Below are positions 47,200-57,242 of a stretch of DNA of 64,000 nucleotides, piece by piece. The position numbers and the translations under genes were made by a program. The DNA lies in contig CAWGPQ010000005.1 in assembly GCA_963824495.1 (NCBI GenBank), positions 32,001-96,000 on the forward strand, written 5' to 3'. The DNA is from an uncultured bacterium (GTDB lineage: Bacteria > Babelota > Babeliae > Babelales > Babelaceae). Under the pieces are notes generated by a model, which worked only from the letters and a program-made list of their open reading frames with translations, did not search any database and was not told where the DNA came from. How positions within the stretch are numbered: position 1 is the stretch's first letter; every line of letters begins with the position of its first letter.

Positions 47200-50100
47200 A
47201 TGGGTATAGTAAAAGGAAATGCTTCTAAGATGCTGTTGGTTTGTTTGCTAGCTATAGCACGTGCGTATACTGCTCGTGCTGAAAGTGAGCACGATGCATA
47301 TGTCCAGATTAATCTTGATGATGGCTCTGTAAGCAGTGTAGAAGAAAGCCTGATAGATATTACTGAGCTTTTACCCGTACTCGAGCGTATTAAATCTCTT
47401 GCTGAAGATGAAGATTACGTAGCACGTTTTGATAATTTTTATTCGAGCAGTGATAGTCAGGGCAACGTACTACGTAAGGCCCAGGTATACCCACAGGACG
47501 CACTTGAGCTCGTTGAGAGTAGTATTAATGTGCTTGATAAGCACTATGATAAAATGGCTGACGCTGCAGATCTTGATAGCATTGTTAAAACTCTGGGTGA
47601 TTATTGGAGTTGCTTGCACGATATGCATGATACTCAAGATAGCATTCGTAGTAATAAAAAATCCGTTATAAATAACCAGCAAATAAAAAAATCAAGCCTT
47701 GATAAAATATTCTTAAATGATCTTAAGGTACGAGGCAATGCCAAAGTATGTGGCAATGGACAGATTGAAAGTTGCCTTGTAGTTAAAGGTGACACAGAAC
47801 TTGGTGGTGAGCTTACGGTCAGCAAAGAAGCATTGTTTGAAAAGGACGTAACCATAGCCCATGATGCAGATTTAAGCGTAGATGGTGATCTATCAGTAAA
47901 AGGTAGTACGTTACTTACTACGCTCAAGGTGGAAGGAAGCGAGCTTGTAGAAGGTAACGCTATATTTAAAGATGATGTCAAAATTGAGGGTGGTCTGACA
48001 ATACGGGGACCTTTGAATTTAAGCACTATCGGTAACGTAACATTTAATGATTTGGCCATTTCTCATTTGACCACTCATGATAGTAAAATTATCGGTGATG
48101 AGACGGTTATAGGCAATGAATCAGTTAGTGGTAAGTTGAGTGTTGGGCAAGGTGCCGTCTTTAATGATAATGTTCTTGTGAAAGGTGATTGTACCGTTAA
48201 AGGTGCTACATCTCTTGATACGCTTTCAGCTGGTACAACAAGGTTGGGCTCTACGACTATTCAAGGAGCTGAGACGATTACTGGTCGATTAAGTGTTTAC
48301 GATAAAGCTATATTTACCGATGACGTTGTACTAGGTACACGAGCAAGCACAACGACGGTTTCTGGTGATTTAAACACTGAGGCTATTCATGCTAGTGGCT
48401 CAGTACATGTAGATGGGAATGTGCATGTTGGTAATGCTGTTCGTATCCAGAGCTTAACGGCTAGTGGAGACGTTCTTGTTGAAGGTGATGCGTTATTTAA
48501 GAAAAATGTAATCTTAGGCGATTGCGGTAGCACTGTTAAAGTTAACGGAGTACTTGAAGCTTCTGCGCTCCATGTAAGTGGTAATGAGTTGGTAACTGGT
48601 AATTTAGATGTAGCTGGTACTACGCGTTTGGCAGGCGTACTAGCTGAGGGTGATGCTACGCTTCGCGGTACGGTAATACTTGGTGATTGTGGTAATGAGG
48701 TAACTGTTTGTGGCCCACTTTCTACACAGGGTCTGAAGGTTGATGGTGATGCAAAAGTTCACGATGTCTTAACCGTAGATGGGGATACAAGGCTTGCTTC
48801 GCTTACTGCCAGCGGCGATACAGCATTGCGAGGTAATGTAATCTTAGGCAGTTGTGGTACTAAAATAACAATTTGTGGTGAGCTTGATATTCCGCTTCCT
48901 CATAAAGAAGAAGACCACTGTGGTAATGAGAAGGTATGCGGTAGCTTGGATGTTAGGGGTGACGTTAAGATTGGCTGCTCAACAGGACCCTGTTCGTCAC
49001 GCGATTGTTGCGTGTGTCCCTCACCGATACCAGGAGGGTTAACTGTTTGTGGGTTAACGAACTTAAAAGGTGATGTTTCTATTGGTTGCCCTTATGGTAC
49101 AGGAACGTTAACCGTATGTGATAGTACACTATTTAACGGGCCTGTAAGCTTTACACAGTGTATAACGGGACCATTATGTGTTAATGGGGATTTTACTGTT
49201 AATGGTAATGAAGTAGTTAATGGTAACCTTACCGTTACCGGTGACCAGACAATAGACGGTGATTTAACCGTTAAAGGAACTATTAGTGGTGAGGTGACAT
49301 TGCCCGATACCGTAACCATTGGTTGCCAAACAGGTGAGGGTAGCTTAATTGTTTGCGGAACAGCAACGTTTACCGATACAGTAAATTTTGAAGGACCTGT
49401 AGTATTTAGTGGAAGCACGGAATTTGACGAATGCATAACAGGACCATTATGTGTTGATGGAGATCTTACTGTTAATGGTGACGAAGTAGTTAACGGTGAC
49501 CTTACCGTGAGAGGTGCAACAAACTTTCAAGATAATGTCAGTATTGGTTGCCCTTATGGTACGGGAACGTTAACCGTATGTGATAGTACACTATTTAACG
49601 GGCCTGTAAGCTTTACACAGTGCATAACAGGACCGTTATGTGTTAATGGAGATTTTACTGTTAACGGTAACGAAGTAGTTAATGGTAATCTTACTGTTAC
49701 CGGTGATCAGACAATAGATGGTGATTTAACCGTTAAAGGAACTATTAACGGTGAGGTAACATTGCCCGATACCGTAACCATTGGTTGTCAAACCGGTGAG
49801 GGTAGCTTAATTGTTTGTGGAACGGCAACGTTTACCGATACAGTAAATTTTGAAGGACCTGTAGTATTTAGTGGAAGCCCCGAATTTGACGAGTGCATAA
49901 CGGGACCGGTATGTGTTAATGGGGATGTTACTGTTAATGGTGACGAAGTAGTTAACGGTGATCTTACCGTGAGAGGCACAACAAACTTTCAAGATGATGT
50001 TAGTATTGGCTGTCCTTATGGCACAGGCAATTTAACCGTATGTGGCAGCTCTTTATTTAATGGTGCTGTAACGTTTGCTGATGGTGTAACATTTGAACAA

Positions 50101-52644
50101 TGCATAACGGGACCATTATGTGTTAATGGGGATTTGACTGTTAATGGCGACCAGACGGTTAATGGTAATCTCACTGTTACAGGTGATCAGACAATAGACG
50201 GCGATTTAAGCGTTAAAGGAACTATTAGTGGTGAGGTGACATTGCCCGATACCGTAACCATTGGTTGCCAAACAGGTGAGGGTAGCTTAACTGTTTGTGG
50301 AACAGCAACAGTTAATGGCAATCTAACAGTGACGGGAATATCAACATTTGATGGTGCCGTGACGTTTGCCGATAGTGTAACATTTGACGAGTGCATAACA
50401 GGTCCATTATGCACTGATGGTAATTTTACCGTTAATGGCAACCAGGCAGTTAATGGCAATCTAACAGTAACTGGGACATCAACATTTGATGGTGCTGTAA
50501 CGTTTGCTGATAGTGTAACATTTGACGAGTGCATAACGGGGCCATTATGTGTTAATGGTACCTTTACCGTTAATGGTAACGAGACGGTTAATGGTAATTT
50601 GACGGTGACAGGTACCATATTTCAGGGGACTAACTCGGTAGTAGTAGGAACCACAACATCCAACAATGACGCAATTGCTCGCTTTAGTGGAACTACTGGT
50701 GAAGCTATCAAGAACTCAGCCATGATCTTAACGGATCTGATAACGACGCCACAACCTTATGTAGCATTACAAGCTGATGATCTTGTTACGCCGAATATAT
50801 CACTTGTGGTTGAGCCAAAGGGCACGGGGGCTTTAATTGCAACTATTTCAACGGGTATTTTTGGCAATGCCCGGGGTACTAATGCTGTTGACTTGCAATT
50901 GAGCAGAACAAGTGCAACACAGGTAGCAAGTGGTAATTCTTCCACGATAAGTGGTGGCGAGAATAACGCAATCACTGGGCCAATTACAGCTAACATAGCG
51001 GAGACAACAATAAGTGGTGGTAGCGGTAATACTATAAGCGTACTTGATACAAGTACAGCAGTTGAAGCAACAATAGGTGGTGGTTCTGGTAATTCTATTA
51101 CGTCGATCACTGCTGCTATATCAGATAATGCAACAATTGCTGGCGGTAGCGGTAATACTATAGCCGGTAATGGTTCGACCGGTACTTCGGGTTTTAATGC
51201 AACAATAGGTGGTGGTTCTGGTAATGCTGCATCCGCTCAAGGTGTTGTAATAGCTGGTGGTGAGGCAAATGCTGCTAGTGGTATCACTTCAACTATAGGT
51301 GGCGGTACGGGCAATTCAATTACCGGGCCAATTACGGCTAACATAGCAGATACAACAATAAGTGGTGGTATTGGTAATACTATAAGCATACTTGATACAA
51401 GTACAGCAGTTGAAGCGACAATAGGTGGTGGTTCTAGTAATTCTATTACGTCGACCACCGCTGGTGTAGCAAATAATGCAACAATTGCTGGCGGTAGCGG
51501 TAACACTATAAGTGGTAACGGTTCAACTGGTACTTCGGGTCTTAACGCAACAATAGGGGGTGGTCTTAGTAATGCTGTGTCCGCTCAAGGTGCGGTAATA
51601 GCCGGTGGCGAGTCTAATGCTACTGCAGGTACCGATTCGACTGTAAGCGGTGGTACCAGTAATACAATTAGCGGATCAGCTACACGTACAGCAAATACAA
51701 CAATAAGCGGCGGTAGCGGTAACTCTATAACTATATCAGCTCTACTAGCCATAAGCCCTAGCTCGGGTATTAGTACGACAATAGGGGGAGGCCAAGGCAA
51801 TCAAGTCCTCGTGACCAATTTTGGCACGAGTCCTGTTCTAACAAATTTTGCCACTATAGGTGGCGGAACAGGTAACAAAGTTAACGCTATCAACGTTATC
51901 CTTGACGAACCTACGTCTGCAAGTAGTGTCACCATAGGTGGTGGCAATGGCAATGCAATAACGGTAGCTTCAGGGGGAGTAGCTGATGGTGCAACAATAG
52001 GGGGCGGTACGAGTAATGCTGCGTCGGGTACAAACGCTACGATTCCAGGTGGAGTAAATAATATGGCAACAGGTACTGCCAGTTTTGCGGCAGGTAATAT
52101 GGCACAGGCAGTTAATAATGGTGCTTTTGTGTGGGCAGATGACCTTGGTGGTGGTACTGCCTTTTTAAGTACGCTTCCTAATCAGTTTAGCGCACGAGCT
52201 GTCGGTGGGACAGTTTTTGATTTAGGTGGTGCAGTTGGAACACCAACGGCAGGTACTTTCTTAATAGAAGGTGCCTTAACGGTAACAGGGGCTAAAGCGT
52301 TCGATATACCTCATCCAAGCAAGCCAGGCATGAGGTTACGTCATTCATGCGTTGAGTCTCCAACTGCCGGTGATACTATCTATAGGTTTAAAGTTGATGT
52401 AGTTGGTGGTAAGGCTATTATTGAACTTCCTGACTACTTCCCTTATTTGAATGGCAATGTGCAGGCATGGGTTACTCCATGTAAAGGTTGTTTTGGTATT
52501 GCCAATGTAGACTGTGTTGGTAATGAAGTACATATCGAGGCTACTCATGATGGAGCTTACAATGTTCTTGTTATTGGCACGCGTATTGATCCTATTGCTC
52601 GCCAAGCATGGGATGCTTTTGGTGTAGAATATGCGGGTAAGTAG
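47200..52644 (+). CDS. Giant exported fibre-like repeat protein 2 (about 1814 aa), paralog of protein 1
   Basis: ATG 47200 with AAGGGG RBS (ORF open from 47158); same module order as protein 1. Confidence 0.85.
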   Translation: MGIVKGNASKMLLVCLLAIARAYTARAESEHDAYVQINLDDGSVSSVEESLIDITELLPVLERIKSLAEDEDYVARFDNFYSSSDSQGNVLRKAQVYPQDALELVESSINVLDKHYDKMADAADLDSIVKTLGDYWSCLHDMHDTQDSIRSNKKSVINNQQIKKSSLDKIFLNDLKVRGNAKVCGNGQIESCLVVKGDTELGGELTVSKEALFEKDVTIAHDADLSVDGDLSVKGSTLLTTLKVEGSELVEGNAIFKDDVKIEGGLTIRGPLNLSTIGNVTFNDLAISHLTTHDSKIIGDETVIGNESVSGKLSVGQGAVFNDNVLVKGDCTVKGATSLDTLSAGTTRLGSTTIQGAETITGRLSVYDKAIFTDDVVLGTRASTTTVSGDLNTEAIHASGSVHVDGNVHVGNAVRIQSLTASGDVLVEGDALFKKNVILGDCGSTVKVNGVLEASALHVSGNELVTGNLDVAGTTRLAGVLAEGDATLRGTVILGDCGNEVTVCGPLSTQGLKVDGDAKVHDVLTVDGDTRLASLTASGDTALRGNVILGSCGTKITICGELDIPLPHKEEDHCGNEKVCGSLDVRGDVKIGCSTGPCSSRDCCVCPSPIPGGLTVCGLTNLKGDVSIGCPYGTGTLTVCDSTLFNGPVSFTQCITGPLCVNGDFTVNGNEVVNGNLTVTGDQTIDGDLTVKGTISGEVTLPDTVTIGCQTGEGSLIVCGTATFTDTVNFEGPVVFSGSTEFDECITGPLCVDGDLTVNGDEVVNGDLTVRGATNFQDNVSIGCPYGTGTLTVCDSTLFNGPVSFTQCITGPLCVNGDFTVNGNEVVNGNLTVTGDQTIDGDLTVKGTINGEVTLPDTVTIGCQTGEGSLIVCGTATFTDTVNFEGPVVFSGSPEFDECITGPVCVNGDVTVNGDEVVNGDLTVRGTTNFQDDVSIGCPYGTGNLTVCGSSLFNGAVTFADGVTFEQCITGPLCVNGDLTVNGDQTVNGNLTVTGDQTIDGDLSVKGTISGEVTLPDTVTIGCQTGEGSLTVCGTATVNGNLTVTGISTFDGAVTFADSVTFDECITGPLCTDGNFTVNGNQAVNGNLTVTGTSTFDGAVTFADSVTFDECITGPLCVNGTFTVNGNETVNGNLTVTGTIFQGTNSVVVGTTTSNNDAIARFSGTTGEAIKNSAMILTDLITTPQPYVALQADDLVTPNISLVVEPKGTGALIATISTGIFGNARGTNAVDLQLSRTSATQVASGNSSTISGGENNAITGPITANIAETTISGGSGNTISVLDTSTAVEATIGGGSGNSITSITAAISDNATIAGGSGNTIAGNGSTGTSGFNATIGGGSGNAASAQGVVIAGGEANAASGITSTIGGGTGNSITGPITANIADTTISGGIGNTISILDTSTAVEATIGGGSSNSITSTTAGVANNATIAGGSGNTISGNGSTGTSGLNATIGGGLSNAVSAQGAVIAGGESNATAGTDSTVSGGTSNTISGSATRTANTTISGGSGNSITISALLAISPSSGISTTIGGGQGNQVLVTNFGTSPVLTNFATIGGGTGNKVNAINVILDEPTSASSVTIGGGNGNAITVASGGVADGATIGGGTSNAASGTNATIPGGVNNMATGTASFAAGNMAQAVNNGAFVWADDLGGGTAFLSTLPNQFSARAVGGTVFDLGGAVGTPTAGTFLIEGALTVTGAKAFDIPHPSKPGMRLRHSCVESPTAGDTIYRFKVDVVGGKAIIELPDYFPYLNGNVQAWVTPCKGCFGIANVDCVGNEVHIEATHDGAYNVLVIGTRIDPIARQAWDAFGVEYAGK

Positions 52645-52686
52645 GTATGTATCTAAAGTGAGAGGGTAAGCGTGAGAGGATATAGA

Positions 52687-54768
52687 ATGCACATTACCTA
52701 TGGTGTATTAGTAGTTGCTATAAGTGCTTTGCTTACGGCGAGCTTGTGCTGTACGGAGCTTGGTAGTACTCGTGATACAAGCAGTGACACAGGCTATGAA
52801 GTTGATACCAAAGATCTTATGGATATTACGGGGCTTTTACCCGTTCTTGAGTACCTTAAAACTCTTGATGGTCAAATCTGTTTTCGCTCACTTGACAGTA
52901 AGCCTTATGTGACTCAAGTTCATCGTGATCAGGTGCTTGAATTGCTTGATGCAAGTATTGCTATTCTTGACAATCATTGTGAAGAAATCTCCGATGAGGC
53001 AGAATTTAACCACATAGTTACTACGCTTAAGTCATATCTCAGTGAAGCACAAGGGCTTGATGGACTTATGCGCAAAAGGTCCCCTCTTAATCAAAGCTGT
53101 CTTAAGGATCTCGCCGTACGTGGTAATACAAGCGTTGGAGGTTCAGTAATCGTTAAAGGTGACACTAAGCTTAATGATCTTAAAGTCGAGGGAGTACTTG
53201 TTGCTCGTAATGATGTTACTATTAATGGCCAGTTATGTGTTCATGGACCGGTAAGCTTGGATACTATTAAAGAAGTAACGGCATGTGATCATATCGCTGC
53301 CTCGGCAATAGATGTAAAAGTGCTTGAAATCAGTGATAAAGCGACCATTAAGGGAGAGCTTGCGGTGACCGATAAAGCAAGCTTTAATAGTGTTGCTATT
53401 GATGAGGGTCTTTCTGTTAAGGGCGTTACGCACTTGACTTCACTCGAAGCAAAGGACGTAACACTTGGTGATGCACACGTTAATGGAAGGTTTATGGTAG
53501 ATGATAAAGCAGTATTTAATGATGCTGTTGTGCTCGGAAGTTCCCCTTCGTCTACGGTAACAATTTCAGGAAACCTCCACGCTGCAAGCAGTACGTTTGA
53601 TAAAGCGGCAACATTTAGCGGTGATGTGATGCTCGATAGTATTACGGGTAACCTAAGTGTTGCTGGTACAAGTCGGCTTAATAAATTGACGGTGAATGGA
53701 GACACATTACTGCGTGGTAATGTAACGTTGGGTAGCGCTGGAACTCATGTAACCATCTGTGGTAAACTTAACACGCCATTACTTACCGGTTCATGTTCAT
53801 GTTGTGATACACTACCTGATGTGCTGCCTGTTGAAGATATTCAAGATAATGCCAGTGGGCACCTTGATGTGCACGGTGGGGCAACTATTGACGGTGATCA
53901 GCGAGTTATGGGCAGTCTTGCAGTTGAAGGGTCTACAGTTCTTCATAATGCAGTAGCTATCGATTCTCCTGAAGGTCTAACCAGCTTAACCGTGTCAGGA
54001 GCTAGCATTTTTAATGGGCCAGTAACACTTGCCCAACCACTGTCTGGCCCGCTCCATGTTATCGGCGATGTTGTACTTGACGGTAATGTTAGTATTAGGG
54101 GTCGATTAACGGTACCTGAAGGTCAAATTTTACCAGCGGAAAAGATACTAGCAGAATATGAGCAACACCAGATTGTGCAGCCCGTGCAGGTGGTTGAGAG
54201 TATTCCGGAATCCCCACAGGTATTTAATAATCCCGTAACGTTTAATGAAGATGTGACGTTTATGCAAACTGTAGCGGGAGGTATGGCTATTAATGGTGAT
54301 GTTACTTTTAATGGTAATCAGCTCGTTATAGGTGACACAACGATCAATGGTTCTGCGACAGTTCATGGCGATGTTACCATTGGTTCTCAAGATGGGGGTA
54401 GTGAGCTTGTTGTATGGGGCCTCACCGATTTAAAGGGGCCCATAATAGCTTGTGGCCTAGATCTAGGTTGCGCACTCAGTAACCTTGTCAGTAACGCCCA
54501 AGTATTTTATGCCGGAACCGCAATAACAGATGCATCAGGTTCAAGTACCATTGAATTTAATGGCACATTTACTAGTAATCCTTACGTGATAGCTACGCTG
54601 ACTTCGCCAATTATTGCACCAGCTCTTATAACGGTTGACGTGCAGTCGCAAGATAAAGCAGTGATCACGGCATGGGATGTTCGTGACATAACGCGCAAAA
54701 TACCAGGGGTTACGGTTAACTATATGGCTATTGCTCAAATTCCGGTTGAAGAATGTGAGGTTCTGTGA
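52687..54768 (+). CDS. Exported fibre-like protein 3 (about 693 aa)
   Basis: Signal peptide; N-domain LMDITGLLPVLE homologous to proteins 1 and 2; beta repeats; different C-terminus (TIEFNGTFTSNPYVIAT...VNYMAI). Confidence 0.8.
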   Translation: MHITYGVLVVAISALLTASLCCTELGSTRDTSSDTGYEVDTKDLMDITGLLPVLEYLKTLDGQICFRSLDSKPYVTQVHRDQVLELLDASIAILDNHCEEISDEAEFNHIVTTLKSYLSEAQGLDGLMRKRSPLNQSCLKDLAVRGNTSVGGSVIVKGDTKLNDLKVEGVLVARNDVTINGQLCVHGPVSLDTIKEVTACDHIAASAIDVKVLEISDKATIKGELAVTDKASFNSVAIDEGLSVKGVTHLTSLEAKDVTLGDAHVNGRFMVDDKAVFNDAVVLGSSPSSTVTISGNLHAASSTFDKAATFSGDVMLDSITGNLSVAGTSRLNKLTVNGDTLLRGNVTLGSAGTHVTICGKLNTPLLTGSCSCCDTLPDVLPVEDIQDNASGHLDVHGGATIDGDQRVMGSLAVEGSTVLHNAVAIDSPEGLTSLTVSGASIFNGPVTLAQPLSGPLHVIGDVVLDGNVSIRGRLTVPEGQILPAEKILAEYEQHQIVQPVQVVESIPESPQVFNNPVTFNEDVTFMQTVAGGMAINGDVTFNGNQLVIGDTTINGSATVHGDVTIGSQDGGSELVVWGLTDLKGPIIACGLDLGCALSNLVSNAQVFYAGTAITDASGSSTIEFNGTFTSNPYVIATLTSPIIAPALITVDVQSQDKAVITAWDVRDITRKIPGVTVNYMAIAQIPVEECEVL

Positions 54769-54795
54769 AAAAAGTTGAGGGTAAGTTGGGTGCCT

Positions 54796-55332
54796 ATGGC
54801 AAATCATTCAGATTCTTTACATGAATATCGTCAGAGAAGAAGCTTTAGCACGTCGCCTGAGCCGAGTGGGCATAAGCATCACGAATCATTACAACCTATT
54901 TTTGTAGTTCAGAAACATAGAGCAACGAGATTACACTACGATTTTCGCATCGAGGTTAATGGTGTATTGGTATCATGGGCTGTGCCCAAAGGCCCAACGG
55001 ATGAGCTTGGTGTTAAGCGTCTTGCTGTTATGACCGAAGACCATCCCCTTGAGTACGCACATTTTGAGGGGGTTATACCACCTGGCAATTATGGTGCAGG
55101 AACGGTGAGAATATGGGATTCAGGTACGTATCAAAATATAAGAACTCGTAACGGCAGGCCTATACCTATGGAGGGGTGTATTCATGATGGTCTTATCGAA
55201 CTATGGATGCATGGTAAAAGAATGAAGGGTGGCTATGCGCTTGTACGTTTGGCAAGAGATACCGGTAAGTATTGGTTGCTTGTTAAAATGGATGATTCAA
55301 AAATAGCCGTTCCGGAGAATCACAATGTCTGA
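54796..55332 (+). CDS. Stand-alone LigD 3'-phosphoesterase (PE) domain protein
   Basis: FVVQKHRATRLHYDFRIE, SWAVPKGP, RLAVMTEDHPLEY, YGAGTVRIWD. Confidence 0.92.
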   Translation: MANHSDSLHEYRQRRSFSTSPEPSGHKHHESLQPIFVVQKHRATRLHYDFRIEVNGVLVSWAVPKGPTDELGVKRLAVMTEDHPLEYAHFEGVIPPGNYGAGTVRIWDSGTYQNIRTRNGRPIPMEGCIHDGLIELWMHGKRMKGGYALVRLARDTGKYWLLVKMDDSKIAVPENHNV

Positions 55333-56248
55333 AAAGAAAATGCTTCGTCGCTATGGTCCTTACGTTGTCGAAATAACTCATTCAGATAAAGTACTATTTC
55401 CAGAAGATGGCATAACAAAATATGATGTTATTGATTATTATGATCATATAGCACCCATGATGATTCCATATATGAAAGATCGTCCGCTCACTATGCATCG
55501 GTTTCCTAACGGTATTCGTGGCCAAGCTTTTTACCAGAAAGATATAGGCGAATATTTTCCTCATTGGATACAACGGATAGCTATACCCAAACTCAGCGGG
55601 GGCATTACAACGTATGTAATATGTAATAATAGGGCAACACTGGTATATATTGCTAATCAAGCATGTATTACGCCCCATATATGGCTGAGTAAGCGAGATA
55701 AGCTTAATTATCCCGATCGTATGATCTTCGATCTTGATCCAGCAGATAGCGATTTTAAGCAGGTTGTTTTTGCTGCATTAGCAATTAAAGATCTTTTAGA
55801 CAAGCTTGGATTAGTTGCCTTTCCTATGACAACAGGCTCACGAGGTATGCATCTTGTTATACCGCTTGATAGAAAAGCTGATTTTGATACAGTACGTGAT
55901 TTTGCTCATACAGTTGGTTATGTACTCGCTCAACGCTACCCTGATCAATTAACAACAGAAATACGTAAAGATAAACGAGGTAATCGTTTGTTTATTGATG
56001 CTCAAAGAAATTCTTTTGGCGCAACAGCAGTTACACCGTATGCCATACGTGCCCGCCCGGGGGCGCCCGTAGCAACCCCATTACACTGGCAGGAAGTAAC
56101 GGATCCTCATTTGAGATCACAAAGTTATACTATTGCTACTATTTTTAAGCGCCTTGAACGTGTTGATAATGTATGGAAAAATATGTCTCGTTCGATAGCT
56201 TCACTTGATAGACCAAGAAAACTTTTGCAGGATTTTATTAATGACTAA
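55325..56248 (+). CDS. Stand-alone LigD polymerase (AEP/Prim-Pol) domain protein
   Basis: DKVLFP, RPLTMHRFPNG, FYQK, IFDLDP, TTGSRGMH, LFID, PYAIRARPGAPVATPL. Confidence 0.92.
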   Translation: MSEKKMLRRYGPYVVEITHSDKVLFPEDGITKYDVIDYYDHIAPMMIPYMKDRPLTMHRFPNGIRGQAFYQKDIGEYFPHWIQRIAIPKLSGGITTYVICNNRATLVYIANQACITPHIWLSKRDKLNYPDRMIFDLDPADSDFKQVVFAALAIKDLLDKLGLVAFPMTTGSRGMHLVIPLDRKADFDTVRDFAHTVGYVLAQRYPDQLTTEIRKDKRGNRLFIDAQRNSFGATAVTPYAIRARPGAPVATPLHWQEVTDPHLRSQSYTIATIFKRLERVDNVWKNMSRSIASLDRPRKLLQDFIND

Positions 56249-57089
56249 GTTTTTTTGCGGCATACGTACGTGCTTGGGGTATATGCTGGTGCTAGGATTT
56301 ATGAGTGCTGATCTAGCTTTAAGTGGTATGCACATGTCTAAACGAGAAGAGCTTAACAGAGCTTTGTCACATCAACTATTACATAAGAACCATGATCAAA
56401 TAGAATCTCAAATAGCATCGTTACTTCAGCAAGGTGCTGATGTTAACTCTGTCGATAGCAATGGTGACACGCTCCTCATGCGCGCAGCATCTCTTAATAA
56501 GAGAAAAATTGTAAAGATGTTTCTAGAGCATGAAGCGAATGTTAACTATGTCAATCCACATAATGGTGATACGGCTCTTATTAAGGCAAGTAGCTGTGGC
56601 TCATTGCCAATCATTAAATTGCTTCTCGACTATAATGCATCTGTTAATTATAAAAATCCTACTGGGCAAGCCGCTTTAAGTTTTGTGCTTCGTTGCCCAA
56701 GTAACAATACTGCAGAGCTTGTTGCACTGCTTTTAAGCCATGGAGCCTTTAGCACTCCTGGCGATAAAGAGAGCTTGAAGGAATTTATGACACAGCTCAA
56801 ACTGCCACCGCTTAGTCTGGCAGTGCTGTTTGATGCTCCCGATAGTGTTAAACAAGCTATAAGCAATCAAGCTAACTCACAGACAGAAGAAGAAGAAATC
56901 AGAGATTCTTACTCTTTGTTAGTGCAGCGTATGGGCATGTATCTTTCCTCATATATCTGGCCATCAGCTAAAATAGAATCGCCGCTTAATGCCAAAGATC
57001 AATATCACGCTAACCATTATGGCACCGAGATTCAGGCACAAAGGTTTCAAGATGCAATAGCTGTCTTAGAAACAGCAAATGTACAATAG
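56241..57089 (+). CDS. Ankyrin-repeat protein with N-terminal hydrophobic leader
   Basis: GADVN...GDTLLMRAA, GDTALIKAS, GQAAL repeats. Confidence 0.85.
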   Translation: MTKFFCGIRTCLGYMLVLGFMSADLALSGMHMSKREELNRALSHQLLHKNHDQIESQIASLLQQGADVNSVDSNGDTLLMRAASLNKRKIVKMFLEHEANVNYVNPHNGDTALIKASSCGSLPIIKLLLDYNASVNYKNPTGQAALSFVLRCPSNNTAELVALLLSHGAFSTPGDKESLKEFMTQLKLPPLSLAVLFDAPDSVKQAISNQANSQTEEEEIRDSYSLLVQRMGMYLSSYIWPSAKIESPLNAKDQYHANHYGTEIQAQRFQDAIAVLETANVQ

Positions 57090-57242
57090 CATAATTAGCA
57101 TGATTGCATGAAGCAAGTTGTTCAAGGAGATTATGTTAAATGAACAGCTCTACATTGCTTATCTTATACTACTTAGATAAACTGATAATAATTATTGCAG
57201 CATAATTATCAAGAACAATTTGAAGATTTAGATATTGGATAG

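Noticed and set aside
45655..52644. Diversity-generating retroelement or shufflon
   Set aside because: No reverse transcriptase or invertase in the window, both copies are coding and co-oriented, and I saw no adenine-specific mismatch pattern.
40484..54390. Numerous short antisense and off-frame ORFs inside the fibre genes
   Set aside because: By-products of repetitive Val/Thr/Gly codons; no RBS or independent features.
40258..54768. Prophage or contractile injection system
   Set aside because: No capsid, terminase, sheath, tube, baseplate, lysis or integrase genes, and the proteins have signal peptides.
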